A DNA stretch of 64,000 nucleotides from Lepidodermella squamata (lineage: Eukaryota > Animalia > Gastrotricha), in NCBI GenBank assembly GCA_047495785.1, contig JBLDXI010000024.1, positions 4,340,001 through 4,404,000 of the forward strand, given 5' to 3'. Of this stretch, positions 1 to 12,319 are shown in pieces. Positions within the stretch are counted from its first letter, which is position 1. Every line of letters begins with the position of its first letter. The notes under the pieces were generated by a model. That model had not been told where the DNA came from. It did no database searches and worked only from the letters and a program-made list of their open reading frames with translations. The translations under genes were made by a program, and so were the position numbers.

Positions 1-3000
1 AGACAGACGCCAGCGATGTTGTAGTAGCATTTGGAATATTCTTAAGGTTAGCTATTATATTGGTAAAACAATAATTGTAAAAATGGCGCCATAATAGATT
101 CAGTCTCACGAAGTTTTCTCCGTTGAATCAGCATTTTGATGGATTTAATAGACAGTGTTCCCCATTTTAAGGTCGCATTTGCGGGATTAGAGGACATTTT
201 GTTATTCAAGTTCGAGTCGAAGGCACAGTCGCTCGGGAACCACCAACCTCCGGTAAATGCGTATTGGGTGAAGCACCAATAAGCGGGGCCTTGATCAGAA
301 GTGGAAAACTGCTGATAATTGTGTTTACTTGACAGCATATCCCCAGCGTTGCCTGAGTAAGGGCCGACATATAGTCCATAACCATCGCCTTCGCTACTGA
401 CTTGAAAATCTCGGTAATATGCCCGCAGCTCTGTATTGTTCTGTAATACAACTCTGATTGCCAACTGATAGTCGCTATCTTTGGTCAGTTTGTACAAATT
501 CTCGTTACCTGCCATTTCATTTGATGGGAATGGAAATAGGTAAAGGAAAGTTCATACCAATCCAATAGTCTTTATTCAAGCCGAAAGGCGCAACGTTGAA
601 TCCATTTTTGTAATCTTGCCAGGTTCTGGCGAAAGATGTCGTATTGTAAATCTGTTGTTGGATCACCTATTGAACAAAAGCTTCAAACGTCCGCAAACCA
701 GTATAATAAAGCTCACCGTCCATCCAACATCTGCTGTCACGTAACTCAGCGGATCACATATCACCTGTAACGGTCCAACTTTTGGGTGGTAGATCCAATA
801 AACTGTATCTACGCTGTAAACTTTTGTGGCGTATATATCCATGCAATCTTGGGGTTTGGAGACAACTAAGGTACAGTTCGGTTAAACATCCAGAATTAGT
901 AATGTTCGCAAAATTACCAGGCTTTATCATCATAACACTAGAAGCTAGAGATATGTTTCTGCCTTTCCAAGAGTTCCAAAACAGCCCCATTTCCCACGAG
1001 TTGGCGCCGACCATTCCATTCATGTTAGCATCAGAACAGTCTGGATTAACTGGGTCTCCGTTGGTCGGATTTTTGAACCACCAACCCCCGGGTCGCTTTT
1101 GAGCGCAGGTGCGTCCTTTCGGCTGGTCGTAAGTCTGGAATGGTTGCTGGTTTGAGCTTACCAAGGATTCACCAGGGTGATCTGACATGGTTGCATTCAA
1201 AGTAGATATCGCCAATGTGTAGTTCACGTTGTCCAATATAGAAATTGACATATATGCCGCGGTTCGCCTGTCCCCAATCGTATCCTCCAAAACTACGGCA
1301 AGCATGTATTGAACACCCGTGACAGCTTTGTTCGTTAGCTGAAATATGATCGAATTGCCGATATAATGTGAGCCGTTCAGGCTTCCGAATCCAGTTTCGT
1401 AGGCTGCCCACGTTTTATTAAAGTCCAACCCATCGTTCTTGTTGCGCTGAATCACCGTCCAGCCGCCACCGAGGGCTACCATTTCGCAGAAAACAGAAAT
1501 TGCAGCTGCAGATCCAACCGGAGTTATTTGATATACACCGCTTGGGGCGTGAGGATTGCTCGCAAGAATGTCATTGCAATCCACCGGCTTTGGATAAACT
1601 TGCACTGTAATTGTAGCACATAATAAATCCATCTTTAAACTTCCGAAATTCGGAAACTGACTTGGCAACACATCGTGCGGTTTGTTCCTGCGAATCATCA
1701 TCTTGGTCGATCTCATGCCGAGATTAAACCCTTTGAACGTGTTGTAAATTGGCATTTCATTTGGAACTTCTGACCCGAATAAGCTAAGAGGAGGAGAATT
1801 TTACGAAATTCCGATAGAGATTTGTGGCTTACCCATTCAAGTTCGCCAAACTGGAATACCTGAAAAATGAAATCAATGAAATTGTAGAGCTCAACTTTTT
1901 TTATTGGTGAAAAGCCATGAGAAATGAGAACTGTCAAAGTACCAGTACAGTTGTTTAGTGCGAATAGTAATAATTGGAAATAATACGACTGTAAATTCTT
2001 ACCACCAGGCACCTTTAGAATTCTGTGCCGTTGCGATACTATTCCGATCATATGTGCTGAACTCAGCGTTCAGATTACTCAAAGAGTCACCTGAATAGGA
2101 AAATCAAATATAAAACCATGATCACTGATTAGAACAAAACCAACCTGCATTGCCCCCGTAAAAGGTGTTATAATTGATCTGATAGTTGTCAGTCTCGGTG
2201 CCGATGTAGAAATCCTTGTAGTAAGCTACGCCGCGACTATTGTCAGGTGCGGTCACATAGATACCAAGAATGTTCAAGCTGCTGTAGCTTCTTGTAGTCA
2301 TTTGCCAAATTTTGTCATTCCCAATCCAGAAATTCGAAAAGAAACTGCCGAATCCAATTTTATAATCATTCCAATTGCGGTAGAAATCTGTCGTGTTATC
2401 AATGCGCCTCTGGAACACTGTCCATCCCAAACTTTTCATGTCGCAATAAACGTTCATCGCAGGCATCGTTGGCGGATATATCTGGTAAAGTCCATCAGGT
2501 GAAGTCGGATCTCTCATTAGTATATCCTCGCAATCAGTCGGTGGCATTTTCCAGATATCTGTATTTTAACGCAGCATTTTAATTCAGCTTACATAGCTCG
2601 AAAACTAAAACCCGGGATCTAGGTACCCACCGCAATTCGAGCCGTAGCTGCTATTGTAGCCGATTGGGCACATGCAGGTTGACGCGCATAGACCCGTACC
2701 CGATGTGACGCAACCGGCGTGAGCTTGGCATCCCCTCACTTTGATTGTCATAGTGAAAGATGCGCTGGTATAATTTCTAGGTATAATTCGAAGTCCTGAT
2801 GTTCGAATATTGGGACACAACTTCGAAACGCCAGCTGCAGTACCGTTGTAGCCCGGAAATAACTAAGAAAAGATCACATTCACGTTATTCAGAGTATTCA
2901 GGCGATAAGTAACCTTCAATGGTGAAGATGAATTATCTTGATTAGTCAAAACCGGGTAGTAAAAGCTGCCGAGCCTTTGCTGCTTCACGTAGAATGAAAC

Positions 3001-3977
3001 AGCGTATGAAGTGACGTAAGCCGATGATAAAGTGCCTTTTCCAACTTCGATTGTCGATATAGTGACTTCAAAGGGTAGCGTAATTGACCAAAAGATTATA
3101 TCATCAACCGTCCATGGCCCCCAACCAGAAGTTGTAGTAGCTGCAGATGCGGTGCCCACCGAGGCATCTAACTTTCCACCGAGGGTAGAATAGATTGAAG
3201 TCAAGTCATCAGTGTCACATCCTATTTCAAGGCTGTAATTATCCAATCCGAAATTACGACGAATATAACCACTTACTGGGCGAAGCTATTCGAAGGCAAT
3301 TAAATGTATGTAATTTCAGAATAATTCAAACGGTTCGTACTTGTTTCGCAGTATCTTCCACCGAAACCCGCTAGACAGTTGCATTGGGTTGCTGAAATGC
3401 AAGTGCCGCCGTTGAAACACCACGGATAATCGAGACCGTTCGAAGAGCATATGCTTCCACCTTTAAATAAACGCTGAATATAACATTTCCCATCTTAGCA
3501 AGATACCTGTTGTTGAACAAGATGGCCCGGTATACGGAGAGACACAGTAACACAAGCCATTGGTACAAGTGCCACCATTTGAGCACTGTGTATTATCAGT
3601 GCAAACTGTATTTAAACGCGCATATTGAAATCCGTGCGATTATGTGAGCTTCCTCATTTACTTCTCGGAGTAGGCGTGTCGCAGATGGCTCCCATCCAAG
3701 TGGGCGCGCATGAGCACACGCTCGGGCTGCTACATGTCCCGCCATTTTGGCAAGGATTCGAGCAGACGGCTAATAACAAAAGCATTTACTATCAAATATC
3801 GATATATTTACTCGGCTTTGGATTACGAGTTGTGCAGTTAGACCCCGTCCATTGCCCAGTGCAAGAGCATGTGCTGCCTACGCAGGTCCCCCCGTTAGCG
3901 CAGCCACCAGAGCATTGGCTTGTGACACAAGGAATCCCTGCGACCAGTAATATCAAGTATTTGACAAGCAAGCCCAT
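1..3977 (-). CDS. Polycystin-1-like receptor, copy A (5' part only: signal peptide, 4 EGF, F5/8C, FReD1-3, start of Sushi-like linker); multi-exon, continues beyond window start
   Basis: ATG at 3977 (MGLLVKYLILLVAGIPCVTSQC). Phase-1 EGF exons, discoidin exon (2863-3246 ORF) and FReD motifs (DCEDI..VYCDM..GWTVFQRR, GGWWF, NLN) are collinear exon by exon with copies B and D. GT-AG introns are about 50 nt and I found no lesion in the visible part. Polycystin identity is inferred from paralogy, since the channel part lies outside the window. Confidence 0.8.
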
Positions 3978-4101
3978 ATGTAAAATTGAAATTTGGAATG
4001 TGGAGAATCAACTTGAAACCGTCTAACAAGCAACCAAGCTTCAAATTAGGTTTTACCTCAAATAAAAGAGTATAATATGTTTCGATCTTTTGTCTTGTGA
4101 A

Positions 4102-4324
4102 TTTATAGTTCAAGTCTTTGTTGCTTAGCAGCAATTTCTTGACTTTCTCGACGCGAACTATTTGATACAAGAAAGAAGCCACACACAACGTTCAGGCCGC
4201 AAACACACAACGTTTCGCCTTCATTTCAATTTATAGGTTAAGTCACTGTTGCTTAGCAGAACTTGCGAGTAGGGTGCGTGACGTTCTCTCGATTGCAACG
4301 GCATCTTTCTCATTAATTTTACAT
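4102..4324 (-). promoter_or_regulatory. Putative core promoter of copy A: duplicated X-box + TATA block and POU4-like site
   Basis: GTTGCTTAGCAGC (4120-4132) and GTTGCTTAGCAGA (4248-4260) each lie about 12 nt upstream of a minus-strand CTATAAA. ATGTAAAATTAATGAG is on the minus strand at 4309-4324. The same arrangement occurs upstream of copy B. Confidence 0.5.
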
Positions 4325-5059
4325 ATATAGCAGCTCCCCAAAAACCGGACAGTTATTTTTTTATCGAAGACCTCGCACCTTTTCAAAAGGTCTTCGTGTG
4401 TTTCTAGTCACATTGTAAATGGAATTTCATTATAATGCTATAGAAATACTCGTAAATAAAAGCTTGATGTATTTATGAACCGTTGCATATTGATTGGTTG
4501 ATTCGATATGAAAAATGTATACGACTGAAGCGTTAGTTGCACAAGTTCAAGGTCGTAAAGCCCCAAGTATCAGAGGAGATGTCGCTTTTTCTTTGTTTGA
4601 AGTGATCTATGTAGGTGCGCAGCAAGAATGCATAATACATTGCAGCTCTGAAAGTTACACGCAATTTTTGGCTCTTCATTTTAAGCATTACAATTTGCGG
4701 CCAAGATGGTATGAAGACAATGTTGCGAAAGTTAAACCAGCTGAATGTATAAATTTGATGTGCAGTTGCTTTAATAATTTACCATTGTTTCCTCTCATTC
4801 TTCATCGAAGCGCCACAACTTTGTAGCCCGTGGCCATTCGATTGGGAGCATTATAGGGAGCTATTCTATAGCACATCAAAACTCTAAGAAAAGCTTTCTT
4901 TAGAGTTTCAACAAATTGTATTGAATTCATTACGAAATTATGGCAATAAGTTCCAGCCTCCAGGGCCGGGCCGGGTTGCCCCTGGGCACTTTCTGGTTGG
5001 CGGCCTTACTCTTCATATTTTTTTCAACTTTTTCATACTTGACACCATTATCAAAGATG

Positions 5060-5209
5060 AGAGCGAAGTACCGCTAGGGATGGTAGAGATCATCCCTACC
5101 AGTTGCATTGGTCCGTACGGTGGGCTCATTCACGGACCAAAGTGAAATAAAAAGGACCCTTTTGTCGATTTTTCTAGTCCCTACCAGCTCCGCGGTCCTA
5201 CTTCGCTCT
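5060..5209. mobile_element. 150-bp MITE, PIF/Harbinger-like
   Basis: 11-bp perfect TIR AGAGCGAAGTA...TACTTCGCTCT flanked by a 3-bp direct repeat ATG (5057-5059, 5210-5212). Confidence 0.65.
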
Positions 5210-5824
5210 ATGGATCAAATTCAATTTCCAGATTGTTATCTGGAATAGAGGGTGCTTGAAGCATAAATTATTTTTTAATTGAATTTTGCCAGGCCTACTT
5301 TATTTATCCTTTCACCGTTGTTGTCAAATAAAGCCTGGCCGGAAAAAGCAAGCCTGGAAGCCTGTTGAAGCTCCTTCTCGGCCATGCTTCAGAGACAAGA
5401 AGAAAATCACGGCACTACGCATGAGTACATAAAAATTCTTCTTATCCTCGCGTCATTCCGTCAGTGAAGTATCATATGAAATAATAATGATATCATCATC
5501 CCCCGTATTGAAGAAAAAGCTTTACTAACGTCTTTACTAACGTCTTTACAAATCCTCATCTTCAGCTCCTGTTGCATTCAGAGCAGTACGTTACCCGCCG
5601 TGGGACCGTTCGACGATGAGTACGTTAGACCGAGCAGTGCTCATGTAGTTTGCCTGCTTCTGTCTTCTCACAGTCATATTTTTACTCTAGCGCGATCAAA
5701 AAACCAGATTATCGATTTTTTCATTTTCCGACATAAAACTGTAATATACTATAATATTATTATTGCGGCCATGAAAACTGCAGTCTGTAGATCAGTGCGT
5801 GAAGTAGGATCCCTCATCTGAGGT

Positions 5825-6861
5825 CAGTGTGGTATACGGTTATAACCACGGTTTTAACTAGCCGGTTATAACCGAGTTTAAACCGGTCATTTCAAAATTC
5901 GTTTTAACCAACTGTCGTTTAAACTCCTTAAATCCCAGCTGATTTTGATTTGAAAATTTGAATTTGAATTTTGAAATTCGATCGCCATGTTGATCGGCTT
6001 ATAAATCCAGCATATTACATGGCTGATTTCAACCCCAGCTGTGGACCCCACCTTGGGGACGAAAATATTAATGAGGAAGAAGTGTCAGTTTGCTCGCGAT
6101 GGTCTTCTCGCAGCTGATCTCGCACCACGTTCCGTTGACTTACTGAGAGCCAAATGCCCCAGTATGTAAGGTGGTCTCGCAGCTGGTGTTGACATAGGAG
6201 CCTTGTTTCTAGCTCAATCACACATCATACATGACTGGTCAATTCTCAAGGTATTAACACAATAACCTCTTAGTCTGTAGGTATTTACTCGAAAATCAAA
6301 AGTCGAAAATTTGCCTAGCCTTCTGGGGCTTAGTGACAGTAAATAACGGGTGTGACCTGCAACCTGCAACTCCTGCTTCACCTCGCAGCAAATAATCCCA
6401 TCTAATCCTATTTAATTCCAATGCGCCATTAAATCACTGAGCTAAAGAATTATCTCGACTTTAGACCTCATCTGGGCGGCCTTGAAGAACAGGCTGTCGC
6501 TAGCAACTGTCAATAAAATTGTTTGTTTAACAAGGATTTATGCGAGGCGAGCAGCTGTTGACGCGTAAAAAGCAAATAAACAGCTCTTTTCAAAATTTAG
6601 GTGGAAGAAACACCTATCATATTAATTTTCGAAGGGGACCTTGAACTGAAAACATTGCCATCGAGGAAATTGAGGTATTGTTGGCCCTAGAATTTCAGTA
6701 AACTAATGAGTGAGTCTCCTAGTGTAAATTATGAATAAAAACAACTCTTTTCGATAACTTTTGATCAGGTTTAGTAAAAACTGGTTGAAACCGCGGTTTT
6801 AACTGAGTTAAAACCAAAAGTTGGTTAATTCCGAATTAACCTAAGTCAATATACCACACTG
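5825..6861. mobile_element. Non-autonomous hAT-like DNA transposon (about 1.04 kb)
   Basis: 12-bp TIR CAGTGTGGTATA...TATACCACACTG, 8-bp TSD TCTGAGGT (5817-5824, 6862-6869), subterminal GGTT(T/A)TAAC repeats at both ends, no transposase ORF. Confidence 0.85.
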
Positions 6862-9800
6862 TCTGAGGTGGTTGAAACGTGTTCGTATTTTCAGACCGGA
6901 ATTTATTCGACCAACTCATTTGTGATTTTTAGGGGTTTTCTTTCCAGACCTCTCGAGGTGAGAGTGAGGTACCCCCGGTACTTCGGACATATATCTCTAC
7001 CTTCCATGAGTCTATGGGCGGTCAATGCTTTCAAATTCATCTTTCAAACAATCGAAAGCCGGGAAAGTAATTTTGACACTGACACAAAACTGCGCGAACT
7101 GAACGAACTGCGGCGCAACTACGTCAGCAATCGGCAATTTTCAGGGTAACAGCTGCAAAATTATGATTCAAATTAGACGACCGCAAGCTTTAATCAAGTT
7201 CGTCCGATGACAATTCAAATCATAAGGCATTCGTTTTTTGTTTCAAACAAGCCGTTATCGCCAACACAATACAAAAAAACGCAAGTCTCCTCATTCATAA
7301 TTGGGAGGGGAACGGATGTAATTGGGTGCAGCCGCCCTGCTTCTTCAGGTCGTACATCCCTCGAACAGATCTGACTGGTAGGCTGTCAGCCTGTTTTTTA
7401 CTTGGGAAAAGGATATCCAATTGCGAGGCAATTTTTCCCCCGTCTGGGAACAGCTTGGGGTCTTTGGTCTTCCTTGCAATGATGTAGGCTGCAGGGACCT
7501 GGCGCTGAGCAGGGTTCATCAATTTTCGCAGCCGTAATGCATGCAATTTCATGTCCATCCAGTGCATTAGCCAACGTTCGCGTTTAGCCGTCCGCTCGTA
7601 AGAGTTGTCTTCGATTCGTGACTCAACGAAATGCAAAAGACGATGGATTGAAAGTTCCACTAGGGTACAATTTAATAAAATGAGCAACACAAATTGGGCA
7701 GGAACCTACGTTTGGCTAGATTGCGTTCCCCAATTGGTTTGAAAACGGACGCAACAGTTCCCTTTTTCTCAAGAGCTTTTGTTACTATGGATGTCAGCTC
7801 TTCAGCCATGTAGCCCGCCAGTTCGTGATCCCAGTCGGTGTTTTCCTCAGCGTTCTCTGCAACTTGGCTGTACGTGACTGATATAATTGTCATGAAGACC
7901 TGAACAGCCAAAAACATGACGATCGTTGAGTAAGCCATGCAGAACAACATAATGAATCTCGAGTTGAAGCTCAACAACATCAAGGAACCAGTTACTCCGA
8001 TGATATTCTGAACCAGGGTCATAATCGAAGCAGTAAATGACTGAAACTCGTCGCAAGTCGTATTTAGGCTTAGGTAACCCAGTTGGGCGAACAAGACGGT
8101 TATAAGAGTGAATGCGAAGAGAAACGATGACAGATCGGCCTTGCCCTTGGATAGCGTTCCTAAGAAGATACACCAGTACTTGTTGAAGGTAAGATGGCGG
8201 AAAAATAGGAGCATGGTCATGAAGAATGTGATACCATAAAGATTCGCCATCAGAGCTTCCCAGTTGACTAGAAGATCAAAATTTACAAATGAAGTCTTGT
8301 CGGTCTGAAGCCGAGTAACAGCTTTCATCACAACGAGAATTCGAGCAATAAACAATCCAACGATGGCCAAGGCTATCAGTATCTGACACAGCTCTAACAA
8401 GTTCCAGCCATCTTTACGGAATCTTGTGAATCCTTCTTTCTTCATCTTGATTAAGATCTTGACCAGATGCGAGAAAACAAGCAGAATCCAAATTCCTTGA
8501 ATGGCGAAGATGAAGATTGAACTGGCGCCGATGTATTGATAGAGCTGAAGTGGATACATTCTTGCGTGATACGTCATTCCTCCAGCACTCAAGGCTTCGA
8601 AAACCACTTTCACTGCGATGAACAAGTTGACCTGAGCATTAAACAGGACCATGTCGACGAACAAGACTGAAGTGGCATTATCAAGCCATCTCCTTGACTG
8701 AAGCCCAGCGACGAAAGCTTGAGCTTTCGCGAGATTCACGGGCAGGTCGACGTAATATCCACCGCTGGTGTAGGTTGCCTGCCAGCCGGAGTAAGGAATT
8801 CCGCTGTCTTCTCGATGAATCCATGGAGCCTGATCAGTCGTTACGTTCTCTGGCACCCAAGCAGTGGTATCCACGTTGAAAGTCCAATTGAAATTAGAAA
8901 ACTGTCTGGTCTCGGTGTCCGCTCCGATTCCAAGTTGGCCAACGTATTGATTCTGGCACCTAATAGTATTGGCAACAAGAAGATCTCTGACTTTCATGAC
9001 AAACTGAGGAACCGGGGAAGTCTCTAAAAGGCAAGGGGCTGAAATTATACAACCCTTTCACATGAGTTTTCTAATGAAATGAAGCCGACTTACTAGAGCG
9101 GACTCGTTGTTGTCTCAAGCGAATAGGTCCGAGAACCACTACATCGTGATTAAGAACTTGATAGATATTTTTCGAATTGAATTTCAAGCCCTTGCTCAAC
9201 TGGTTGGCAGTGAAAAACTGCGGCAGAAGATTGCTATTCAGCCACGAATAAATTTGACTGTAGTCATTGATCACGCCCATCTGGGGTACATCACGCATCT
9301 CTACCAATGGCTTCAAGTCCCCGATTTGTTGATAGGCCAGTTTATTTCGCGTTCCGGAAATCACAATAGCAAAAGCCACGACGTAAAAGATGTGGTGGAA
9401 AATTCCGCCGAAGATGTTCCGCATCCGCTTGAAGAGCTCCGTCTTCTTGTTGGAGCTATTTTTCGAAAATTCCATCTTGCCAATGTCAAGGCCGTCATCA
9501 GGCAGAGACAGCAAAGTTGAACTGCAGACAGACAACAATGCGACTTTGACTGTTTGGATGAGAATGATGTCCTGGACAACACTCATGACCATTCCACTGA
9601 GCCACTGCAGCGATTTCTCCTTGCCCCACATCAAGCTGTACATGACAATGAAAAAGGAAGAGGCTCCAACACAGCCAGCGACAACTAGAATAAACTGCAT
9701 TTGACAATGGGCTGATATATGGAGATTTACTTACGAATCCATGCAATGATAGCGCAGTAGTATGGAAGCTGGAATGGCTTCTTATCTTTGCTGTCGACAT

Positions 9801-12319
9801 CTCTTCGCTTAAATCCCAGAGCCACGTTGAAAATGGTTGTGTATTGGCTATTCTCAGCCGATCGACGTCGAATTCGCTTGAAAATGAAGGCCATTATTGC
9901 AGTTGGAGGGATGACGATGACACATCCGATGAAGCTTGTGTAGACTGTAAACCACGACAGACGGAAGAATCCTCCAATATTGACGCCGACTCGGGGTGAT
10001 TTACTCTCTTTACCATAGAACATTGCGTTCACCAGCATGGCCATGAATAAGGCACTAACAACACAAGCCAGTCGTTCGCATCTGGTCCAGTTACTCGGAA
10101 GAGGACGTCTCGTGATGGACAACCACGGGTGAGAGCTGAACAAGCCAACTCGAGAATGAGCGCTGACCAAGTACTTGAAGCCTTTGATCTCATCTTCCGT
10201 CGCAAGCTCTTTGCACTTCATCTCTCCACTTTTCATGAGTGCCTTGATCAAGAAAACAAACTTCTGTCCCTTTTCGATATCGACCATCACAACTTTATCG
10301 ATCTGCATCTGAAGAGGCTTGCTGCCATGTGGCGCCCTGAATCGACTGTGAAGTCTAATTTCGATTGCCTCGATGTGACCAATCGGCAGAGTTGTAGTCA
10401 TCATGAAATTAGCTGGCCTTCTCCCGTCGAAACTCGATTCTCTCTCGCAATCGTCAAGGACTCGCCAGTTCGTATCACTGATATCACCATAAGCTCGTAG
10501 TAGAACCACAGGCTTCAGATGATAGTTTTTGACGCCGAAGTGATCGACGGAAACGAGGTATTTGCGCGTCTCGTACGGCTTGTTGCTCATGAGAGGCATG
10601 AATGCCCATTCTTTGATGTCCAGCTTGTCAAATCGCCAAACAACAATCACTCCGACGATGAAGAAAACAACTGCGGCAACTTGGAACGCAAGAACGAAAG
10701 CGTTATCTGATACAAGCGTGGCGAAATTGGCGAAAATATCGGAGAATTCAATAGTGCTGGGCGAGATCAAAAGATCTGCTCCGAAATCACCGAAATATGA
10801 CGATTTGAAAGTAACTGCGGATTCAGTCGAACTTGGATCGAGTTCGAAATCCTCATCAGTGCTTGTTTGTGAGTCGTCGTTTGCATCGCGCCTTCCCCTT
10901 GAATTTGTGTTTCGTACCTTGGCGAATCCTACCTTGAGATGGTATCCGTAGCATCGTTGTAGCTCGCAGGCATCTGATGGTAAGTCGTCCAGCGTCGAAA
11001 AGCTTGACAAATCTCTCTTTGTAAAGACTTGCAATTCGAAAGACCAATCTCCGCTTGATGAAAGATCCTGCATCTCAACGAAATTCTGCAATGCTGACTG
11101 CGGAATCATTATTCGCAGTTCGACATCTGTATTGTAGCTTGATTTGAGTTCTCCGAGGCTGGCATTCAAACTAGTGCTAACACTGGTTTGAGTAACAAAA
11201 ACAGACCAGGAATAGCTTTTGACTGTTGGGGTGCTGTTGAGAGATAGATACGCTGTGTAGCTGTACTTGATGACCGGGAATATCAGCACAAAATCTCCAT
11301 AGCCCGATGAAACAGGGAAGAGAGCCAACGATCCCAGAGTATCCGCGTTTGTACTGAGATCGCATGTAATCTTGCTCACATCACACTGGGAGTCATATTT
11401 CACAGCGCTAAGCATAGCTGCCTTGGAGACAACAGGCTTCCCAGTAATTTTTGCCGGATAGCCATTCTTGAGAACCAGATCTTTCTGTTGATAGAGAACT
11501 TTAACCGAAATGGTTGGCATGTTGAATGGCTGTTTTGGGTCGAGGACGTTAACGACGTAAGCTGTTAACACTACGGTGAGAGTGTCGGTTTCTTTTATCG
11601 TTGTTCCCGAGGCCTTGGAATCGATCAATTCCGCCGCTGATGTCGCATTGGGAAACAACACAGCTGCGTGAATTGTCTCTAGCTTCAAATTTGGCAGCAT
11701 CTTTGCATCTATTTCACTCAGAAGTATTGAAAAGAATTTCCCACTAAATGTGAAGTTTTTGCCCGTTTTCCCATTGTCCTCGACCATTTTTAGCATGCTC
11801 TCAATGATTTGATTGAAATTTTGGTAAAGCTTGGATGACTGCAAAATAAAATTTGTAGGCTTTTCTAGTTGAAGCTTACAAAGTTCGATAACCTCATCAG
11901 TTGATAGTGCAGCTTCAGAGTTTGTCCCGGCTGAATCCAGATTGCATTTGGTGTTTTTATCATCATAATTAAGTGATAGCGGTTTTGTTTCCTCCGTGGT
12001 AGTGATCGTTTCAGACACTGCGAACAGGACTGAGCTAGCCGCCGTAGCGTAAGCAACTGAAATATTTGCTAGAACCTCCGGCGACATCTGACTCGCTAGC
12101 TCAGCATATTTCGCCATTACTGGGGCCAAGTCTGCGATGAAAGCTGCTGACGACACAGCTACAGCAGTTGTACTGTCAGTCGAGCTGATGCGTATATTGA
12201 AGCTTCAACAGCAGCGGCACTGATTGGAATGGCTGCTTCTATTAACGTCTGGTCAGGCATTGACATGATAAAAGAGATCGAAATGATGGATGCCGGAACT
12301 TTTTCGCTCCTCTTTTGCG

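Noticed and set aside
7672-8997. Channel ORFs as stand-alone PKD2/TRPP genes
   Set aside because: They splice to upstream PLAT and TM1-5 exons, giving 11-TM PKD1 topology, and lack the PKD2 filter and EF-hand.
9107-10951. Many antisense or alternative-frame ORFs overlapping the large genes, here and throughout the window
   Set aside because: Shadow ORFs of long coding exons with no independent signals.
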